Shown piece after piece: positions 59,671 through 64,000 of a DNA stretch of 64,000 nucleotides; position 1 is the stretch's first letter, and the number at the start of each line of letters is the position of its first letter. Under the pieces are notes generated by a model that saw nothing but the letters and a program-made list of their open reading frames with translations, had not been told where the DNA came from and searched no databases. The stretch lies in assembly GCA_963811165.1 (NCBI GenBank), contig CAWEQH010000010.1:352001-416000 (forward strand), given 5' to 3'. The DNA comes from an uncultured Nitrospiraceae bacterium (GTDB taxonomy: Bacteria; Nitrospirota; Thermodesulfovibrionia; Thermodesulfovibrionales; UBA6898). The position numbers were made by a program, and so were the translations under genes.

Positions 59671-61116
59671 ATGCCCAGTTATGACTTTGATATCGGGATT
59701 ATCGGTGGCGGAGCCGCCGGTCTGACGGTCGCTGCGGGTGCCTCGCAGCTCGGCGCCAGGACACTTTTGATCGAGAAAGAAAAGGAACTTGGAGGGGACT
59801 GTCTCCATTTCGGATGCGTGCCGAGCAAGACCCTTATTAGAACGGCCAACGTCTACCATTTGATCAAGAAAGCGAAGGATTTCGGTTTGCCGGCTTTCGA
59901 TGAAAAAGCGGTCGATTTCAGGGACATTGCCCAGAGAATCCAATCGGTCATAGGCACCATTCAGCAACACGATTCGAAGGAGAGGTTCTGCAAACTCGGG
60001 GTCCGGGTTGAATTGGGGTACTCCTTTTTTAAAGATGAACATGCCATACTTCTCAATGGTAAAACCTTCTCGGCAAAGACGTGGGTAATCGCGACAGGGT
60101 CCAGTCCGTCCATCCCCGGAATTGAGGGGCTGGGCAAGATGCCATATCTTACAAACCGGGAGCTTTTTGCTCTCGACTCCCTTCCCGCTTCACTCATCAT
60201 CATTGGAGGCGGTCCGATCGGCATCGAAATGGCACAGGCATTCTGCCGGTTGGGGAGCCGTGTCTCCGTTATCCAGAGGGGCGGACAGATCCTGAGTAAG
60301 GAAGATTCCGACATGGCTGCAGACATCATGAACATCCTCACCGATGAAGGCGTGGCTTTTCATCTCAATACCTCGATCGTGGAAGTAAGAGAGCTCGGCA
60401 CCGACAGAGAAGTTGTAATAAAGAAAGCAGATGGGACATTCGGTCTCCGATCAAAGGCCGTGCTGATCGCCACCGGCAGAGACGCGAATCTGCAGTGCCT
60501 GGGTCTGGAGGAGATCGGGGTTGAATTTGAACGCAAAAGGCTGAAGCTGGACAAGAGACTAAGGACGACCCATTCGCACATTTACGCAGCCGGAGACGTC
60601 ACTGGTGACTATCAGTTCACGCATGCGGCAGGATACGAGGGGGGCGTCGTCCTAGGTAATGCAGTCTTTCACATCCCGAGAAAAGTGGACTACACTTTCT
60701 TCCCTTGGTGTACGTTCACCGATCCCGAACTCGCCTGCATCGGCATGAACGAGAAAATGGCCGCTGCTGCCGGGATAGAATATAGCATCTATACTGAGAA
60801 ATTCAAAGACAACGACAGGAGCCTGGCCGAGGGTGAAAGAGAGGGAAAGATAAAAATGCTTCTGGGTAAGGGGGAAAAGCTGCTTGGAGTGCAAATTCTC
60901 GGTCCCCATGCAGGAGATCTTTTGGGGGAGTGGATCGCCATCATGAACGGCGGGGTCAGACTTTCGTCGCTCGCATCCTCGGTACATCCCTACCCCACTC
61001 TCGGGGAAATCAACAAAAAGGTCGCCAGTGACCTGTTTGCAAAGAAACTATTTTCAGACCGTGTAAGAAAGGGCCTTTCATTTCTGTTTAGCCTTAAGGG
61101 AAGAGCCTGCGAGTAA
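59671..61116 (+). CDS. Class I pyridine nucleotide-disulfide oxidoreductase (Lpd/MerA-like)
   Basis: GGGAAG, GGDCLHFGCVPSK, GGGPIGIE, HPYPTL; AGGAG RBS before ATG 59671. Confidence 0.88.
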   Translation: MPSYDFDIGIIGGGAAGLTVAAGASQLGARTLLIEKEKELGGDCLHFGCVPSKTLIRTANVYHLIKKAKDFGLPAFDEKAVDFRDIAQRIQSVIGTIQQHDSKERFCKLGVRVELGYSFFKDEHAILLNGKTFSAKTWVIATGSSPSIPGIEGLGKMPYLTNRELFALDSLPASLIIIGGGPIGIEMAQAFCRLGSRVSVIQRGGQILSKEDSDMAADIMNILTDEGVAFHLNTSIVEVRELGTDREVVIKKADGTFGLRSKAVLIATGRDANLQCLGLEEIGVEFERKRLKLDKRLRTTHSHIYAAGDVTGDYQFTHAAGYEGGVVLGNAVFHIPRKVDYTFFPWCTFTDPELACIGMNEKMAAAAGIEYSIYTEKFKDNDRSLAEGEREGKIKMLLGKGEKLLGVQILGPHAGDLLGEWIAIMNGGVRLSSLASSVHPYPTLGEINKKVASDLFAKKLFSDRVRKGLSFLFSLKGRACE

Positions 61117-61285
61117 TATCACTTCCCAATCTTCTTCTTGACTCTTTATCCCCCTCTGTTTGTGAGGCATACGGCACCTTCCAGGCCATCACTATTTGTT
61201 TGAATTTCCCCCGGACATGCCTCATGACTCCAGTTGCGGTTTTTTTGTTTGCTTTATGGACGTGGAATTGTACTATATTAGTAGT

Positions 61286-61939
61286 ATGGATGAGAACAGG
61301 GACGCGAACCTCGATGTGTCTATCCTCTATGTGGAAGACGAACCCTTAACTAGGGCGGTATTTGCCAGAATTCTCGAGAGGAAAGTGAGAAATTTGTTTC
61401 AGGCCGAAAATGGCGAAGAAGGGCTGGAACTGTTTAAGAAGCATAGGCCGGATATAGTGATATCGGACGTGAGAATGCCTCTTTTGGACGGGATTGAAAT
61501 GTCAAGAAAGATTAAGTCGTTGGACAACAGCGTCAAAATAATCCTGACTACTGCCCACAGTGACGCAAGTGTTCTGCTGAATTCTATCGACGCCGGGATC
61601 GACAAGTATATTTTGAAGCCGGTTGATGTGGAGGTCCTTTTTTCGGCGATGGAGAGCTGTGCGGGAACCATCATGCTGGAAAGAAAAATCCAGGAGCAAA
61701 ACAAAGAGAAGGACGAACTTATCTCCAAACTGCAGGATGCCCTGGACAATATCAAGAAATTGAGCGGCCTCCTTCCCATCTGCGCTTCATGTAAAAAAAT
61801 CCGTGATGACAAAGGTTATTGGAACCAGATCGAGCAATATATCGCCGAGCATTCTGAGGCCGAGTTCAGTCACGGCATCTGTCCGGACTGTGTAAGAAAG
61901 CTTTACCCCCAATATAAGCACCTGATACCGGAAAAATAA
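61286..61939 (+). CDS. Response regulator: REC domain, coiled coil and Cys-rich C-terminal domain
   Basis: YVEDE, SDVRMP, KP; LPICASCKKIRD...SHGICPDC. Confidence 0.85.
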   Translation: MDENRDANLDVSILYVEDEPLTRAVFARILERKVRNLFQAENGEEGLELFKKHRPDIVISDVRMPLLDGIEMSRKIKSLDNSVKIILTTAHSDASVLLNSIDAGIDKYILKPVDVEVLFSAMESCAGTIMLERKIQEQNKEKDELISKLQDALDNIKKLSGLLPICASCKKIRDDKGYWNQIEQYIAEHSEAEFSHGICPDCVRKLYPQYKHLIPEK

Positions 61940-62070
61940 TCCCGGGATAAAACCGGTTACAGATTTCCTTTATGGGCAGTATCGAACAACACAGGGACAG
62001 ATAACTTGCCGCAACAAATGCCTAGACTAAGCCAGTGAGAACTGCAGGCTGGAGGAAATGACCCCGGCAC

Positions 62071-63315
62071 TTATTGCGAGACGATCAGTTTCCTGGGCAA
62101 CCTTATCGTAATGATCGTGCCTCTTCCCCCGCTTTCGAGTTGGACCGTTCCGCCGTGGGACACAACGATTTTATGTACAATGGATAAACCTAGCCCTGTG
62201 CCTCTTTCTTTGGTCGTGAAGAAAGGGAGGAATATCTTGTCCCTGATGTTTAGGGGAATGCCGTGGCCGGTGTCCGCAACCGAGATGTCAAGGCAATCGC
62301 CCACAGAGCACGACACAATCAAATCACCTCCCTCGGGCATCGACTCCACCGCGTTTTGAAGAACATTCGTAACCGACTGCCGCAACAGCACCTCGTCGAC
62401 CCTGATCACCGGCAGCTTATCGAGCCGCTCGATTATCCGCACTCCCGGGACCGAATCCGCGACTGCAGATATACAGCCCCTCAGAAGACCTTTCAGGTCA
62501 ACTTCTGAAAATATCAGGTCTGTCTGTCTGGCAAAGGAAAGAAAGTCCGAAATTATACGATCCATTACCGCCACTTCTTTCAGGATCGCCTCGACCGTCG
62601 GATAAAGCGTACTGTCCACCTTTTTTGACAGCAGTTTTGCATACCCCGATATCACACCCAGGGGATTCCTGAGTTCGTGGGCAATACCGGCGGACATTTC
62701 GCCCAGTGTCGACAGCCTCTCCCTGAGCTCCATCTGAGACTGGAACGCCTTAAGTTCAGTAAGGTCGGTGAAGACAAATATCTTGCCGATGATTTTATTT
62801 GCACTGTCTTTCAAAAGAGAAATATTAAGACCGAGCCATATCCTCTTGCCGCTTTTTGTCACGTAGCCGATTTCGGCCCTTTCCACCACCGGCTTCTCGG
62901 CGATAATCCCGGCCACAGGTTCATTAAATATCTCCGAATATTTTTTGCCGATGCTCTCGGTTTCCCTCATCTCAAGCATCTTTTCGGCCGACTGATTCAT
63001 CTTCGTGATGCGCAGTTCCTGGTCGAGACTGACCACGCCGCTCGGTACGCTCTGGAGGATATCTTCGTTGTAAATCTCGATAGAAGAGGCCCTGTCTTCA
63101 GCCTTCCTCTTAAGTATCTCGAGTTCCCTCTCCTTTTCCTTCAGTTTAGAAACTAGGTCGTGAAATGTATCGACGACAAAGCCCACCTCGGTTGAGTCCT
63201 TATCGACAACATCACGCCTCTTTCTGCTGCTGCCCATTATCCTGGCAATGTAGAGCCAGATAAAGAGCAGACCGACAAGAACAAGTGTGACAATCATTAT
63301 GGTCGCATGGTTCAT
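62071..63315 (-). CDS. Membrane-anchored PAS sensor histidine kinase (NtrB/PilS-like)
   Basis: Single TM, PAS domain, AHELRNPL, NVLQNA, DTGHGI, FFTTK..GTGLGL. Confidence 0.92.
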   Translation of the reverse strand: MNHATIMIVTLVLVGLLFIWLYIARIMGSSRKRRDVVDKDSTEVGFVVDTFHDLVSKLKEKERELEILKRKAEDRASSIEIYNEDILQSVPSGVVSLDQELRITKMNQSAEKMLEMRETESIGKKYSEIFNEPVAGIIAEKPVVERAEIGYVTKSGKRIWLGLNISLLKDSANKIIGKIFVFTDLTELKAFQSQMELRERLSTLGEMSAGIAHELRNPLGVISGYAKLLSKKVDSTLYPTVEAILKEVAVMDRIISDFLSFARQTDLIFSEVDLKGLLRGCISAVADSVPGVRIIERLDKLPVIRVDEVLLRQSVTNVLQNAVESMPEGGDLIVSCSVGDCLDISVADTGHGIPLNIRDKIFLPFFTTKERGTGLGLSIVHKIVVSHGGTVQLESGGRGTIITIRLPRKLIVSQ

Positions 63316-63344
63316 ATCGTCAGTATCCCAGGGAAGTTTTCATA

Positions 63345-63370
63345 ACTAAACCGGCCTGCCGAAGGCCGGT
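63345..63370 (-). terminator. Putative terminator after pilD
   Basis: ACCGGCCT-N5-AGGCCGGT followed by TTAGTT on the minus strand. Confidence 0.5.
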
Positions 63371-63378
63371 CTCTTCTT

Positions 63379-64000
63379 TCAACGAAGATACCACAACAAT
63401 ATTTCCTGTCCAAAAAAAAGGGTTATCACCGCGCCGAGGGCCAGGAAGGGACCAAAAGGTATCTTTGTCTTTCTTCCCCTGCCCTTGAAGACCATCAGAA
63501 AAACCCCTATGAGAGATCCGGCAAGACTCCCCAAAAATGTAGTCAGAAGGACCGATTTCCAGCCCATCAACGATCCGACCATGGCCATCATCTTAATATC
63601 ACCCCCGCCCATACCTCCCCTGCTCAGGACCGCAACAAGATAGAAAAGACCTCCGCCCGTAATCATACCTATCAGGGAGGCCTTGTACCCGAGCAGGTCG
63701 GCCCGCATAAAGGGATCGGGAAGAAGAAAGAACCCTGCCGCCAGTCCTATGGGGATGCCGGCAAGCGTTATACGGTCCGGAATAATCTGAAACTCCAGGT
63801 CGATAAACGTTATTGCGACCAGCGACGAACAAAGTACCGCGTATACAACGGAGCCCCATCCGATTCCATATCTCCAGACGACGGCTGCATAGAGAAAAGC
63901 GTTCAGCGCCTCAACCAATGGATACCTCAGTGATATCTTCGCCTTGCAGTTCCTGCATCTGCCGCCTAAGAAGAGATAACTAATAACCGGAATATTGTCC
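63379..64000 (-). CDS. pilD: Type IV prepilin peptidase/N-methyltransferase, 3' part
   Basis: Frame open to the window edge: DNIPVISYL.L.GRCRNC..IS.RYP, FIDL, GMGGGDIK, IPFGPFL. Confidence 0.95.
   Translation of the reverse strand, partial: DNIPVISYLFLGGRCRNCKAKISLRYPLVEALNAFLYAAVVWRYGIGWGSVVYAVLCSSLVAITFIDLEFQIIPDRITLAGIPIGLAAGFFLLPDPFMRADLLGYKASLIGMITGGGLFYLVAVLSRGGMGGGDIKMMAMVGSLMGWKSVLLTTFLGSLAGSLIGVFLMVFKGRGRKTKIPFGPFLALGAVITLFFGQEILLWYLR

Noticed and set aside
59671..61116. Mercuric reductase merA
   Set aside because: No C-terminal Cys-Cys pair, no NmerA domain and no mer genes nearby.

Overview
Gene-dense core-chromosome window from an anaerobic diderm bacterium. The gene content suggests Nitrospirota (Thermodesulfovibrionia-like) or a related Desulfobacterota-like lineage; this is inference. 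No rRNA, tRNA, CRISPR array, IS element or prophage is evident. The left half is mostly housekeeping: purM, surE-pcm, moxR-DUF58-transglutaminase, argH, a two-component pair, gmhA, ruvCAB, queH/queA, phoH-7TM/HD-ybeY-dgkA, GATase-glnB-glnA, a NifA-like activator, a Do-family protease, a YeiH-type transporter, recD2, udg, nadK, tsaE and scpA. From 38.2 to 57.5 kb there is an energy-metabolism block: the Wood-Ljungdahl CODH/ACS operon (acsE-D-C-B-cooS), NfnAB, a DUF3786 gene, a CBS protein, an octaheme HAO-family cytochrome, and an unusual four-gene NuoEFG/HydABC-like operon. That operon is the best candidate for an undescribed system. Its bifurcating-type NuoF/HydB subunit carries a C-terminal CBS pair that has its own perfect internal RBS and ATG. 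A stand-alone duplicate of the HydB Fe-S module follows, and the NuoG-like subunit has no catalytic centre. Other items absent from the ORF track: a probable ACG start codon for phoH, a 53-aa membrane protein, a sigma54/NtrC-like promoter and several apparently leaderless genes. All assignments rest on motif recognition by eye; no searches were run.
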